In this document: in pieces, positions 11,381 to 21,085 of the stretch
Numbering within the stretch: the stretch's first letter is position 1
How the letters are laid out: each line of letters begins with the position of its first letter
From: an uncultured Verrucomicrobiota bacterium
GTDB taxonomy: Bacteria > Verrucomicrobiota > Verrucomicrobiia > Limisphaerales > CAIMTB01
Length of the DNA stretch: 64,000 nucleotides
Assembly: GCA_964476125.1 (NCBI GenBank)
Contig: CAYZAE010000007.1
Coordinates: 10,290 to 74,289, forward strand
Direction: 5' to 3'
Program-made: the position numbers and the translations under genes
The notes under the pieces: generated by a model
Told to the model about the DNA's origin: nothing
The model's database searches: none
What the model saw: the letters and a program-made list of their open reading frames with translations, nothing else

Positions 11381-11656
11381 ATGGCTGCCAAAACTCACGT
11401 CAAAAAGGGCGACGAAGTCGTCGTGATCGCGGGTGCCGAACGTGGCAAGCGCGGTAAGATTCTGATCATTTCCGCCACTTCCGGCCGGGTGGTCGTCGAA
11501 GGTGTCCGCATGGTTAAGCGACACACCCGCAAGTCCCAGCAACACCCCCAGGGTGCCATCGTCGAGCGCGAAGGCAGCCTCCACGTTTCCAAGGTGATGC
11601 TGGCCTCGCGCTTCGATGAACGCGCCGCCAGCCGTGGCACCGCAGCGAAAGCTTGA
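11381..11656 (+). CDS. rplX: 50S ribosomal protein L24
   Basis: 91 aa. VKKGDEVVVIAGAERGKRGKIL (KOW motif). Confidence 0.95.
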   Translation: MAAKTHVKKGDEVVVIAGAERGKRGKILIISATSGRVVVEGVRMVKRHTRKSQQHPQGAIVEREGSLHVSKVMLASRFDERAASRGTAAKA

Positions 11657-11670
11657 GCTGAGTCCCGTCC

Positions 11671-12213
11671 ATGAATTCCAGGCTTTATCAAAAATACGTC
11701 AGCGAAGTGCAGCCCGCGTTGCTCGGGAGCGGTCGCTTCAAGAACGTCCACGAGGTCCCGCGTCTTGAGAAGATCGTGATCAACATGGGCGTGAGCTCCT
11801 CGCTCGAAAAGGTTGCCGTCGACGATGCCGCCAAGGATCTCACAGCGATCTCCGGGCAGAAGCCGGTCATCAACAAGGCCAAGAAGAGCGTCGCCAACTT
11901 CAAGTTGCGCAAGGGTCAGGCGGTCGGTTGCCGCGTGACTCTCCGCCGCGATCGGATGTACGAGTTCTTCGACCGGCTGGTGGCGACTGCACTTCCCCGG
12001 ATCCGCGATTTTCGTGGCGTTAATCCCCGTCATTTTGACGGGCGGGGTAATTACACCCTGGGTGTGTCGGATCAGACCATTTTCCCGGAGATCGATCTAG
12101 ACAAGATCAAGCGTCATCAGGGGATGGACATCACCATCGTGACATCCGCCGGAACGGATGATCCGGCCCGCGAACTGCTTAAGCTGATGGGCTTTCCCTT
12201 CGCGGAACGCTGA
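11671..12213 (+). CDS. rplE: 50S ribosomal protein L5
   Basis: 180 aa. [13 protein letters not shown]...[22 protein letters not shown]...RDFRG. Confidence 0.97.
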   Translation: MNSRLYQKYVSEVQPALLGSGRFKNVHEVPRLEKIVINMGVSSSLEKVAVDDAAKDLTAISGQKPVINKAKKSVANFKLRKGQAVGCRVTLRRDRMYEFFDRLVATALPRIRDFRGVNPRHFDGRGNYTLGVSDQTIFPEIDLDKIKRHQGMDITIVTSAGTDDPARELLKLMGFPFAER

Positions 12214-12250
12214 GCCCGACCCAATCGACCCCTTTTACACCGGAGACCGT

Positions 12251-12520
12251 ATGGCGAAGAAATCATGGAAAGAGCGCGACAAGCGCAAGCGCGCAACGGT
12301 GGCAAAATACGCCGCCAAGCGGGCTGAACTCAAGGCCCGTGGGGATTATGAGGGCCTTGCAAAACTGCCGAAGGACGCCTGTCCCGTGAGGTTGACCAAT
12401 CGGTGCCGCGTCAGCGGCCGTCGACGCGGTTACATCCGGAAGTTTGGTGTTTCGCGTATCACGTTCCGGGAGATGGCTCTCTCCGGTCTGATCCCCGGTG
12501 TGACGAAGGCGAGCTGGTGA
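12251..12520 (+). CDS. rpsN: 30S ribosomal protein S14 (long, non-zinc type)
   Basis: 89 aa. [39 protein letters not shown]. Confidence 0.95.
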   Translation: MAKKSWKERDKRKRATVAKYAAKRAELKARGDYEGLAKLPKDACPVRLTNRCRVSGRRRGYIRKFGVSRITFREMALSGLIPGVTKASW

Positions 12521-12524
12521 TGTT

Positions 12525-12920
12525 ATGATGACCGACCCGATTTCCGATTTTCTGTGCCGAGTGCGCAACGCTGCGCTTGCCAGGCATGATGAACTTGTCA
12601 TTCCCCATTCGCGGCTGAAGGAGAGTCTGGCGAAGGTTCTGAAGCAGGAGGGATACCTGACCGACGTTTCCGTCGAGGGTGCTGCCCAGAAGAAGCAGAT
12701 TCGTCTCAAACTGAAGTATACCGCGGCGCGCAAGTGTGTGATTGAGGGGCTTCGCCGACTCAGCTCTCCCGGCCGCCGAGTTTACTCCGGATGTTCCGAG
12801 ATCCCCAAGGTGCGCGGCGGCCTGGGTGTGATCGTCCTTTCCACCCCCGCCGGAATTGTGACGGATCGTGAAGCCCGCAAACGGAATCTGGGCGGCGAGC
12901 TGTTGTGTTCGATCTGGTAG
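12525..12920 (+). CDS. rpsH: 30S ribosomal protein S8
   Basis: 131 aa. TDPISDFLCRVRNA...VLSTPAGIVTDREARKRNLGGELLC. Confidence 0.96.
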   Translation: MMTDPISDFLCRVRNAALARHDELVIPHSRLKESLAKVLKQEGYLTDVSVEGAAQKKQIRLKLKYTAARKCVIEGLRRLSSPGRRVYSGCSEIPKVRGGLGVIVLSTPAGIVTDREARKRNLGGELLCSIW

Positions 12921-12949
12921 GCTGCCGGTGAAGGTTTAAGGAACCCCTT

Positions 12950-13486
12950 ATGTCGCGTATCGGAAAAATGCCCATCGGCATTCCCGCCAAGGTCAAGGTG
13001 GCCGTGGAACAGGGACTGGTTAAGATTGAAGGCCCTAAGGGTCGTCTCGAATTTGCCCTTCCAGGCCGCACTGCCATCGAGGTCCAGGCGGACAAGATCG
13101 TGGTGAGTCGGCCGGACGACTCCGCACAGTCCAAGGCCTTTCACGGCCTGGCCCGAGCGATCGTCAACAACATGGTCAAGGGAGTTGTTGACGGCTTCGT
13201 CAAGCAGCTCGAGATCCAGGGTGTCGGCTTCAAGGCCGCCGTGCAGGGGAAACTGGTGAATCTGAGCCTGGGGTACTCGCACCCGGTTCAATATCCCATT
13301 CCGGACCAGATCAAGGTCACGGTGGAGGAGAATACCAAGATCCGCATCGAAGGCCCCGACCGCCAGTTGGTCGGCCGTGTTGCTTCGGAGATTCGCGCCT
13401 TCTATCCTCCCGAGCCTTACAAGGGCAAGGGTGTGCGCTATGCGGGCGAACTGGTCCGCCGTAAGGAAGGCAAGACGGTTCAGTAA
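12950..13486 (+). CDS. rplF: 50S ribosomal protein L6
   Basis: 178 aa. MSRIGKMPI...PEPYKGKGVRYAGE. Confidence 0.96.
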   Translation: MSRIGKMPIGIPAKVKVAVEQGLVKIEGPKGRLEFALPGRTAIEVQADKIVVSRPDDSAQSKAFHGLARAIVNNMVKGVVDGFVKQLEIQGVGFKAAVQGKLVNLSLGYSHPVQYPIPDQIKVTVEENTKIRIEGPDRQLVGRVASEIRAFYPPEPYKGKGVRYAGELVRRKEGKTVQ

Positions 13487-13524
13487 CCGCCTGTGTCCTG
13501 TAACCCGATTCATTTGCTCGCAGC

Positions 13525-13890
13525 ATGAACATTCAGAACAAGCAGCGCCTCGCGCATTTGCGCCGCCAGCGGATCCGCAAGAAGGTCGTCGGTACCCCTG
13601 AACGACCCCGGATGAGCGTCCGTTTCACCGGCCAGCACATTTACGTCCAATTCATCGACGATTCCGTGGGCAATACCTTGGCCGCCGCCTCCACGCGGGC
13701 CAAGGAAGTCCGCAGTGCTGGCCCCGCGAAGGCCAACGTTGATTCCGCCAAGAAAATTGGTGCTCTTGCCGCGCAGGCGGCCTTGGCCAAGGGAGTTAAA
13801 AAGGTGGTCTTTGATCGAAGTGGGGCCCGTTTTCACGGGAAAGTGAAGGCGCTCGCGGATGCCGCGCGCGAAGGCGGTTTGGAATTCTGA
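13525..13890 (+). CDS. rplR: 50S ribosomal protein L18
   Basis: 121 aa. RPRMSVRFTGQHIYVQFIDD...FDRSGARFHGKVKALADAAREGGLEF. Confidence 0.96.
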   Translation: MNIQNKQRLAHLRRQRIRKKVVGTPERPRMSVRFTGQHIYVQFIDDSVGNTLAAASTRAKEVRSAGPAKANVDSAKKIGALAAQAALAKGVKKVVFDRSGARFHGKVKALADAAREGGLEF

Positions 13891-13906
13891 ATCATTTCAT
13901 CTGGTT

Positions 13907-14596
13907 ATGGCTGAACCCGCACAAGAACAGAGCTCCGAGAGCCGCACTCCCGAGGCCGTAGCGCCGCCGGCGCCGATCGCGCCGCGGCCGCAGGATTCGC
14001 GTGGTGGCGACAACCGTGGCGACAACCGCGGTGGACGGGGACCCCAACGTGGCCGCAGGCCGCGACAGTCCGAATCGAATGACGATCGCGAGGGCAGCGA
14101 TTTGGTGGAAAAGGTCATTTTCATCAACCGCTCCGCCAAGGTCGTGAAAGGTGGTCGCCGGTTCAGTTTCAGCGCGCTGGTTGTGGTCGGCGATCGCAAA
14201 GGGCGGGTTGGTCTTGGGCTTGGCAAGGCTGGTGAAGTTGCCGAAGCCATCAAGAAGGGTGGTTCCGTGGCCAAGCAGGCGATGCTCACCGTGGCCCTGG
14301 CCGATGCCACCATTCCTCACGAGGTAACGTCCGTCTTTGATGGGGCGCGGGTCATGCTGCGTCCAGCCTCCCAAGGTACCGGTGTCATCGCCGGCAAGAC
14401 CGTCCGTGCCGTGCTCGATGCGGCCGGTGTGCGGAACGTGTTGAGCAAATCTCTCGGATCCAACAATGCAGCGAATGTGGCCAAGGCCACGCTGCAGGCA
14501 CTCCTGCGACTTCGCACCCGCGAAGAGATTCTGAAGGCGCGCGGCATTGCCGTGGCACCGAAGTCTCCGATCGCTGTTCCTGCCGCCGCCAACTGA
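13907..14596 (+). CDS. rpsE: 30S ribosomal protein S5 with an about 64-aa Arg/Gly/Pro-rich N-terminal extension
   Basis: ATG at 13907, just after the rplR stop. The ORF-track start 13859 would overlap rplR. Core VNRSAKVVKGGRRFSFSALVVVGD. Confidence 0.93.
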   Translation: MAEPAQEQSSESRTPEAVAPPAPIAPRPQDSRGGDNRGDNRGGRGPQRGRRPRQSESNDDREGSDLVEKVIFINRSAKVVKGGRRFSFSALVVVGDRKGRVGLGLGKAGEVAEAIKKGGSVAKQAMLTVALADATIPHEVTSVFDGARVMLRPASQGTGVIAGKTVRAVLDAAGVRNVLSKSLGSNNAANVAKATLQALLRLRTREEILKARGIAVAPKSPIAVPAAAN

Positions 14597-14604
14597 TTCC
14601 TCCC

Positions 14605-15075
14605 ATGCGTCTTCATAACCTTGTCAATCGGCCTGGAGCCAAAACCCGTTCGAAGCGGGTAGGTCACGGTGAGTCCAGCGGGTTGGGCCGCACTTCCGGT
14701 CGCGGCGGTAAGGGCCAGTCGGCCCGCGCCGGCGGTACTCTGCGTGTGGGATTCGAGGGTGGCCAGATGCCCCTGATCCGGCGCATTCCGAAGCGCGGGT
14801 TCAACAACGCCCGGCACCGGATCGAATATCTCCCCATCAACGTTGGCAGTCTGGCGGAGTTTCCCGCGGGCAGCGTTGTGGATGAAAAGTCGCTGCGTGA
14901 AAGCGGTCTGGCCCGTGGGCGGTTTGAGCGGATCAAGATTCTCGCCGAGGGTGACCTGAGCCATCGGCTCGTGGTTCACGCCCATGCCTTCAGCGCTGCT
15001 GCGCGAAGCAAGATCGAGGCTGCCGGTGGCGAATGCCATGTGGTGACTCCTGCTCCCTTGGCCGCAAAGGCCTGA
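14605..15075 (+). CDS. rplO: 50S ribosomal protein L15
   Basis: 156 aa. RVGHGESSGLGRTSGRGGKGQSARAG. Starts 8 nt after rpsE, leaving no room for L30. Confidence 0.96.
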   Translation: MRLHNLVNRPGAKTRSKRVGHGESSGLGRTSGRGGKGQSARAGGTLRVGFEGGQMPLIRRIPKRGFNNARHRIEYLPINVGSLAEFPAGSVVDEKSLRESGLARGRFERIKILAEGDLSHRLVVHAHAFSAAARSKIEAAGGECHVVTPAPLAAKA

Positions 15076-15093
15076 GGATTTTCCAAGGCCGGC

Positions 15094-16482
15094 ATGTTCC
15101 AAAAGATCATATCTACCCTCGCGAACTGCTTCCGTGTTCCGGAGCTGAAGTCGCGGATCCTGTTCACGCTGGGCATACTGGCCGTGTGTCGGGTTGTGGC
15201 GATCGTGCCTTTGCCCGGCTTGGATGGTGGGGCGCTTACCGCTTTCCTGCGGGACATCCAGCGCACCAGCGGCGGGGATTCGCTGATGAGCATGTACAGT
15301 CTCTTTACGGGTGGCGCCTTGGAGCGCTGCGCGTTGGGAGCATTGGGAATCATGCCCTACATCAGTGCGACGATCATCATCCAGCTCCTGGGTGCTGTTG
15401 TCCCGAGTCTCAGCAAGCTTGCACGGGAAGAGGGTGGTAGGATGAAGATCGTCCAGTACAGTCGCTATTTGACGATCATTCTATGCCTTGGGCAAGGCTT
15501 CGCCATGACGGTTGGGTGGGAAAGCCCCCAAAGTATTCCTGGATTTTCAAGCTTCCAGGGTCGTCTGGTGATCATGGAACCCATTTGGTGGTATCGGATC
15601 CAGACGGTTCTTTTGCTTACCGCAGCGACCATGCTGCTGGTCTGGCTGGGCGAACAGATCACCGAGCGTGGGATTGGCAACGGGGTTTCCCTGATCATTA
15701 CGATCGGGATTCTTGCGAGGCTTCCGGCCACGGCCAAGGGCGTCTATTACATGTTTTGGCCGCCGTCCGGTGAGGGTGGGAAGAATATCTTTCACGCCAT
15801 CGCCTTGATTCTACTGCTTGCAGGCGTGGTTGCCGCGGTGATTGCGGTGACGCAGGCCCAGCGAAAAGTTCCTGTGCAGTACGCACAGCGATCCGTGGGC
15901 CGCAAGGTCGTACCCGGTGGAAGCTCATTCATGCCCCTTCGCGTCAATGCGGCTGGCGTGATGCCGATCATCTTTGCTCAGGCGATTCTCATGTTTCCTG
16001 AGAAGCTTCTGCTGGCTCTGGGGGGACGTTTTCCGTCCCTCAGCTTTTTGAAGAGCGTTGCGCTTGCCATTGGTCATGGAAGCCCAGCCTATCTGTTGAT
16101 GGAAGCTGGGATGATCATTTTCTTCAGTTACTTCTGGGTTGCGACCATCTTCAACGAGATCCAGATCGCGGACGACCTTAAGAAGTATGGTGGTTATATC
16201 CCTGGAGTCCGGCCTGGCCAGGCCACGAGCGACTTCCTTCACTGGACCATGAGCCGGATCACGCTGGCTGGGGCAATCTTCCTCGCCGCCATCGCAGTTT
16301 TGCCTGTGATCCTCTACAGGGCCATGAATGTGCCCTTCGACGTGGCGAGTTTCTTTGGCGGCACAAGCATCCTGATCACTGTCGGTGTGCTCCTCGACAC
16401 GCTGCGCCAACTGGAGTCATTCCTGTTGATGCGCCATTACGACGGCTTCCTCAAGAAGGGCCGTGTTCGCGGTCGGATTTAA
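15094..16482 (+). CDS. secY: Preprotein translocase subunit SecY
   Basis: 462 aa, 10 TM-like segments. LGIMPYISATIIIQLL, GEQITERGIGNGVSLII. Confidence 0.96.
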   Translation: MFQKIISTLANCFRVPELKSRILFTLGILAVCRVVAIVPLPGLDGGALTAFLRDIQRTSGGDSLMSMYSLFTGGALERCALGALGIMPYISATIIIQLLGAVVPSLSKLAREEGGRMKIVQYSRYLTIILCLGQGFAMTVGWESPQSIPGFSSFQGRLVIMEPIWWYRIQTVLLLTAATMLLVWLGEQITERGIGNGVSLIITIGILARLPATAKGVYYMFWPPSGEGGKNIFHAIALILLLAGVVAAVIAVTQAQRKVPVQYAQRSVGRKVVPGGSSFMPLRVNAAGVMPIIFAQAILMFPEKLLLALGGRFPSLSFLKSVALAIGHGSPAYLLMEAGMIIFFSYFWVATIFNEIQIADDLKKYGGYIPGVRPGQATSDFLHWTMSRITLAGAIFLAAIAVLPVILYRAMNVPFDVASFFGGTSILITVGVLLDTLRQLESFLLMRHYDGFLKKGRVRGRI

Positions 16483-16560
16483 TTTCTCTGTTCATTGAAA
16501 GATCCCCGGACCGGTCTCGGCGTCCGAATCGGAATGGGGTAGGAGTCGCCAGGCGAAGCA

Positions 16561-17325
16561 ATGGGCTTGATCAAGAGCCAGGCGGAAGTTGGGGCGATAC
16601 GCGAGGCCTGCCGGCTGGCGTCCGAAGTATTGGACGAAGTGGGCGCTCAGGTGAGGCCTGGTGTTTCAACCATGGATTTGGACCTTTATGCGGCCGAACG
16701 CATCCGGGCCCGAAACGCGAAGAGCGCCTTTTTGGGCTATCGCGGATTTTCCAGGCACACCTGTCTCTCCGTGAATGACGAAGTTGTTCACGGAATGGGC
16801 GGGCCCAGACTACTGCAATTTGGTGACGTGATCAGCGTGGATGTCGGAGTGCTCTACAGGGGGTTCGTGGGAGACACGGCCGCGACCTTCCCGGTGGGGG
16901 GCTGTAGTCCGACTGCTCAGCGCCTGATGGATGTGACGCGGGAGGCCCTGGTTCAGGGAATCGCCCAGGCACGAGGAGGCAATGTGGTTGCCGACATTTC
17001 CCGCGCGGTGCAGGAATTTGTGGAAGCCGCAGGCTTCAGCGTGGTTCGGGAGTTCGTTGGGCATGGGGTGGGCCGCAGTATCCACGAGGAACCTCAGGTT
17101 CCCAACTTCGTGGAAAGCGGTCTGCGTCGCTCACCCAGGCTTCGTCCGGGGATGACCATTGCGATTGAGCCCATGGTCAACGAGGGGCGTCGCGATGTTC
17201 GGGTTTTGAATGACGGCTGGACGGTCGTCACGGCGGATGGCAAGCTATCCGCCCATTTCGAACACACGATCCTGGTGACGGAGGGCGAACCGGAGATTTT
17301 GACGTGTCGAGAGAGGACGCCATAA
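16561..17325 (+). CDS. map: Methionine aminopeptidase type I
   Basis: 254 aa. [51 protein letters not shown] (metal ligands). Confidence 0.95.
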   Translation: MGLIKSQAEVGAIREACRLASEVLDEVGAQVRPGVSTMDLDLYAAERIRARNAKSAFLGYRGFSRHTCLSVNDEVVHGMGGPRLLQFGDVISVDVGVLYRGFVGDTAATFPVGGCSPTAQRLMDVTREALVQGIAQARGGNVVADISRAVQEFVEAAGFSVVREFVGHGVGRSIHEEPQVPNFVESGLRRSPRLRPGMTIAIEPMVNEGRRDVRVLNDGWTVVTADGKLSAHFEHTILVTEGEPEILTCRERTP

Positions 17326-17522
17326 GGGTCGAGGGGACCGTTGTGGAGGTGCTTCCGAATACATTGATTCGGGTAGCGCTGCCGAACGGCCATCAAATTT
17401 TGGCCCACATATCGGGCAGGATGCGGCTGGAAGACAGCCGTATGTTGTCCGGCGACAAAGTCGTGGTGGAGATGTCGCCTTACGACTTGTCGACAGGTTG
17501 TATCACGTATCGACAGAAATGA
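17304..17522 (+). CDS. infA: Translation initiation factor IF-1
   Basis: 72 aa, GTG start, overlaps the map end by 22 nt. [16 protein letters not shown]...HISGRMR...[14 protein letters not shown]. Confidence 0.93.
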   Translation: MSREDAIRVEGTVVEVLPNTLIRVALPNGHQILAHISGRMRLEDSRMLSGDKVVVEMSPYDLSTGCITYRQK

Positions 17523-17528
17523 ATTGCC

Positions 17529-17642
17529 ATGAAAGTCCGGGCATCGGTCAAGAAACTGTGTGAGAATTGCAAAGTGGTCCGCCGAAAGGGCGTGATCCGC
17601 GTCATTTGTTCCAACCCGCGCCACAAACAGCGCCAAGGCTGA
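17529..17642 (+). CDS. rpmJ: 50S ribosomal protein L36 (Zn-ribbon type)
   Basis: Not in the ORF track (37 aa). Read directly as [37 protein letters not shown]. Confidence 0.93.
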   Translation: MKVRASVKKLCENCKVVRRKGVIRVICSNPRHKQRQG

Positions 17643-17651
17643 TTATTCGCC

Positions 17652-18047
17652 ATGCCACGTATTATTGGTGTCGAGATTCCCGGCGAGAAGCGCATCGAAA
17701 TTGCGCTTCGCTATATCTACGGGATTGGTCCGAAGAACGCGCTCGAGGTTCTCGAGCGCGCCAACATCCCTCTGGGACTTCGGGCGAAGGATCTTACGGA
17801 GCAGCAGCTCTCCCAGATCGTACATGCGATCCAGGAGGGCAAGTACGTCATCGAAGGTGACTTGCGCCGCGAGATCGGTTTGAACCTGAAGCGGCTTCAG
17901 GGCATCAAGTGCTATCGTGGGGTGAGGCACCTCCGCGGACTCCCTGTCCGCGGTCAGCGCACCCAGACGAATTCCCGGACACGCAAGGGACCGCGCAAGA
18001 CGGTCGGCGTGCAGCGCAATCCCAACGCCAAGACCGGCATCCACTAA
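17652..18047 (+). CDS. rpsM: 30S ribosomal protein S13
   Basis: 131 aa. [10 protein letters not shown]...[26 protein letters not shown]. Confidence 0.97.
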   Translation: MPRIIGVEIPGEKRIEIALRYIYGIGPKNALEVLERANIPLGLRAKDLTEQQLSQIVHAIQEGKYVIEGDLRREIGLNLKRLQGIKCYRGVRHLRGLPVRGQRTQTNSRTRKGPRKTVGVQRNPNAKTGIH

Positions 18048-18056
18048 TAGGTCGCC

Positions 18057-18662
18057 ATGGCAGACGAGACTATTCCCCAACAGACCCCTGACGCTCCCGC
18101 CGCTGGCGGCAAGGCGCCCAAGACTCCGGCAGGCGAAGGCAAGCCGGCCAAGACGAAGAAGGCCCCCGCAGGTGATGCGGCCGGTGGTGCGGCGCCCGCA
18201 CCAGCCGAGGCTGCGGCTCCGACCGGGCCGGTGGCCGGCACGGCTCCCACAGCGGCCGAGATTCTTGGCACGGACATCAGTCCCAAGAAGATCATCCGTG
18301 CGAAGGGATCCAAGAACATCGCAGTGGGCGTAGCCCACATCCTGGCCACCTTCAACAACACGCAGGTTTCCATCACCGACATGCAGGGGAACCTGCTTGG
18401 CTGGTCGTGTGCCGGGCGTGTGGGCTTCAAGGGTTCGCGGAAGAGCACCGCTTTTGCGGCGCAGCAGGTTGCCCAGGATGCGGCCCGTCAGGCCATGTCT
18501 CATGGATTGCGTGAGATCGAGGTGCGCGTGAAGGGACCCGGTTCCGGCCGTGAGTCCGCGATCCGCGCCCTGCAGGCGATCGGATTGGAAATCAGCGCCA
18601 TCCGCGACGAGACACCGATCCCGCATAACGGGTGCCGCCCGCGCAAGAAGCGCCGAGTCTAA
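18057..18662 (+). CDS. rpsK: 30S ribosomal protein S11 with an about 75-aa Ala/Pro/Lys-rich N-terminal extension
   Basis: 201 aa. Core [18 protein letters not shown]...[14 protein letters not shown]...[19 protein letters not shown]. Confidence 0.94.
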   Translation: MADETIPQQTPDAPAAGGKAPKTPAGEGKPAKTKKAPAGDAAGGAAPAPAEAAAPTGPVAGTAPTAAEILGTDISPKKIIRAKGSKNIAVGVAHILATFNNTQVSITDMQGNLLGWSCAGRVGFKGSRKSTAFAAQQVAQDAARQAMSHGLREIEVRVKGPGSGRESAIRALQAIGLEISAIRDETPIPHNGCRPRKKRRV

Positions 18663-18688
18663 GAATTTAACCGCAGGAGAACACGCTC

Positions 18689-19297
18689 ATGGCACGTTAT
18701 ACCGGTCCGAGGGTGCGGATCAGCCGACGCTTCGGAGTCCCCATTTTCGGCTACTCGAAATCACTCGAGAAACGCAACTATGCACCGGGCCAGCACGGCC
18801 CGAAGTCCCGTCGCAAGGTGACGGACTATGCTCTCGGACTGCTCGAGAAGCAGAAGCTTCGCTACTATTACGGACTGCAGGAACGTCAGTTCCGCCGGGT
18901 CTATGAAACGGCGGCAAGCCGTCGTGGCGTTACTGGCGAGCAGATGCTTCAGCTCCTTGAGACGCGTCTTGACAGCGTGGTTTACTCACTTGGCTTCGCA
19001 AACACGCGTCCCGCGGCCCGGCAGATGATCGGTCACGGTCACGTCCGTGTGAACGGCCGGAAGGTTGATGTGGCCTCCTACGCGACCAAGGCGAACGACG
19101 TGATCGAGGTGCGGGGGAACGCGGTTTCCCGGCAGCTGGCGACGCGGGGTATGGAGCTTTCGACGAGCCGGCCTGTTCCGGACTGGCTGTCGGTGAGCAA
19201 GGACACCCTGAAGGGAACCGTGGTTCGGATGCCTACCCGGGAGGACATCCAGCCGATCGCGAACGAGCAAGCGGTGGTTGAATTTTACTCCCGATAA
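18689..19297 (+). CDS. rpsD: 30S ribosomal protein S4
   Basis: 202 aa. MARYTGPRVRISRR...YGLQERQFRR...RLDSVVY. Confidence 0.97.
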   Translation: MARYTGPRVRISRRFGVPIFGYSKSLEKRNYAPGQHGPKSRRKVTDYALGLLEKQKLRYYYGLQERQFRRVYETAASRRGVTGEQMLQLLETRLDSVVYSLGFANTRPAARQMIGHGHVRVNGRKVDVASYATKANDVIEVRGNAVSRQLATRGMELSTSRPVPDWLSVSKDTLKGTVVRMPTREDIQPIANEQAVVEFYSR

Positions 19298-19402
19298 CGA
19301 CACAACAGAGGCGGCCGTCAAGGTCGTCTCGTGGCGAATATAAGGCCGGCCGAGGCCGCGGGAGTGCCTCGGCGGGCAGGTTACATTTGCCAGGAGGAAA
19401 AA

Positions 19403-20416
19403 ATGCCAGTCAGACTAGGTCGTTTTGAAATGCCAAAGCGGTTGGTGAAGGACGAGGCCACCGCGACCGATACCTATGCCCGATTCACGGCCGAGCCGTT
19501 TGAAACAGGGTATGGGTACACCATCGGTAACAGTCTTCGTCGAGTACTTTTGTCCTCTCTCGAGGGTGCAGCGATCACCTCGTTCAAGGTGGACGGGGCC
19601 ATGCACGAGTTCACCACGGTTGAGGGTGTCGTGGAGGACGTGACTGAGATCGTTCTGAATCTCAAGAAGATCAAGTTCAAGCAGTTCAATCGCGAGCCCC
19701 AGCTGGTGCGTCTTTCGGTGAACAAGGAGGGCGCAGTCACGGCGGGTGACATTGAAGCCACGGACAAGCTTGAGATTGTCAATCCCAAGCAGCTCATCTG
19801 CACGCTCGACAAGAAGAAGAAGCTCGAGATGGAGCTTGAGGTGAAGGTGGGCCGGGGTTTCTGCCCGGCGGACGAGAACAAGCGGCTGGATCAGCCGATT
19901 GGCGTGATCGCGATTGATTCCATCTTTTCCCCGGTGATCCGCGTGCGTTATGGCGTCGAGGCCGCGCGTGTGGGTCAGCGGACGGATTACGACAAGCTGA
20001 TTCTGGAGATTTGGACCGACGGCCGGGTGAGTCCTCAGGACGCCCTGGTTCAGTCGAGCTCGATTCTTAAGAAGCACCTGGAACCGTTCTACAGCTACGA
20101 CGAGAACGCGGTTCAGTTCGAGGAAGAGAAGGGCAAGGAGGACGAGGAGCGTGAGAAGTTCAAGAAGCTCCTCCTCATGTCCGTCAATGAGATCGAACTT
20201 TCGGTTCGGGCGGCGAACTGCCTGAACAACGCCAACATCACCACGGTGGGTCAGTTGGCGATGAAGTCGGAGAGCGAGATGCTGAAGTACCGCAACTTCG
20301 GGAAGAAATCGCTGAACGAAATCAAAGACAAGCTTGCGGCATTGGGGCTCTCGCTGGGAATGAACATTGATCCCAGCCTCCTGGAAGCTCCTAAAGAGGA
20401 AATCAACCCGATCTAA
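19403..20416 (+). CDS. rpoA: DNA-directed RNA polymerase alpha subunit
   Basis: ATG at 19403 is preceded by AGGAGG. The ORF-track GTG 19331 is probably an over-extension. FTAEPFETGYGYTIGNSLRRVLLSSLEG and C-terminal domain ELSVRAANCL. Confidence 0.95.
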   Translation: MPVRLGRFEMPKRLVKDEATATDTYARFTAEPFETGYGYTIGNSLRRVLLSSLEGAAITSFKVDGAMHEFTTVEGVVEDVTEIVLNLKKIKFKQFNREPQLVRLSVNKEGAVTAGDIEATDKLEIVNPKQLICTLDKKKKLEMELEVKVGRGFCPADENKRLDQPIGVIAIDSIFSPVIRVRYGVEAARVGQRTDYDKLILEIWTDGRVSPQDALVQSSSILKKHLEPFYSYDENAVQFEEEKGKEDEEREKFKKLLLMSVNEIELSVRAANCLNNANITTVGQLAMKSESEMLKYRNFGKKSLNEIKDKLAALGLSLGMNIDPSLLEAPKEEINPI

Positions 20417-20419
20417 TCC

Positions 20420-20983
20420 ATGCGTCACCTGAAGCAGACCGCCAAGTTGGGGCGCAAATCGCAGCATCGCAATCTGATGCTGGCGAACTTGGTCAACAGC
20501 CTCATCATTCACCGACGCATTCGCACGACGCTCGCCAAGGCCAAAGCAGCCCAGCGAGTTGCGGAGCGAATGGTCACCCTCGGCAAGCGCGGCGTTGCCG
20601 CGGCGAGCGCCGCCAGTTCGGCCGGGGACGACAAAGCCAAGGCTCAGAAGCTTGCGGACAGCGTTCATTGCCGCCGGTTGGTGGCGGCGAGGCTGCACCA
20701 GCAGCCCCGTTCGCTGTTCAAGAGCAAGGAAGAGCGCCTGAAGTGGCGTGATTCCATGGATGTGATTCACATCCTGTTCGAGAAGATCGCGCCCGTGTTC
20801 AAGGACCGTGCGGGTGGTTACACGCGCATTGTGAAGCTTGCAGCCGCCCGGCGTGGCGATGCCGGCGAGCAGGCGATTTTGGAATGGGTTGATCTGCCGG
20901 CGGAAGCGGGTGGAGCTGGCAAGGCCGCACCGGCTGCGTCGACGCCTGCCCCTGCCGACGGTGGCGACAAGCCCCAGGCCTGA
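20420..20983 (+). CDS. rplQ: 50S ribosomal protein L17 with Ala/Pro-rich C-terminal extension
   Basis: 187 aa. MRHLKQTAKLGRKSQHRNLMLANLVNSLIIHRRIRTTLAKAK...GGYTRIVKL. Confidence 0.94.
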   Translation: MRHLKQTAKLGRKSQHRNLMLANLVNSLIIHRRIRTTLAKAKAAQRVAERMVTLGKRGVAAASAASSAGDDKAKAQKLADSVHCRRLVAARLHQQPRSLFKSKEERLKWRDSMDVIHILFEKIAPVFKDRAGGYTRIVKLAAARRGDAGEQAILEWVDLPAEAGGAGKAAPAASTPAPADGGDKPQA

Positions 20984-21007
20984 TTCCAGGCGTTTGGATT
21001 TCCGAGA

Positions 21008-21044
21008 GGGTCCGGTGACGAAGGTCACCGGACCCTTTTTGTTT
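21008..21044 (+). terminator. Rho-independent terminator closing the ribosomal/rpoA supercluster
   Basis: Perfect 12-bp stem GGGTCCGGTGAC-GAAG-GTCACCGGACCC followed by TTTTTGTTT, 25 nt after the rplQ stop. Confidence 0.85.
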
Positions 21045-21085
21045 GGTTGGGCGATGGGGGAATTCGGGCTTGGTTTCGTTCGGCG

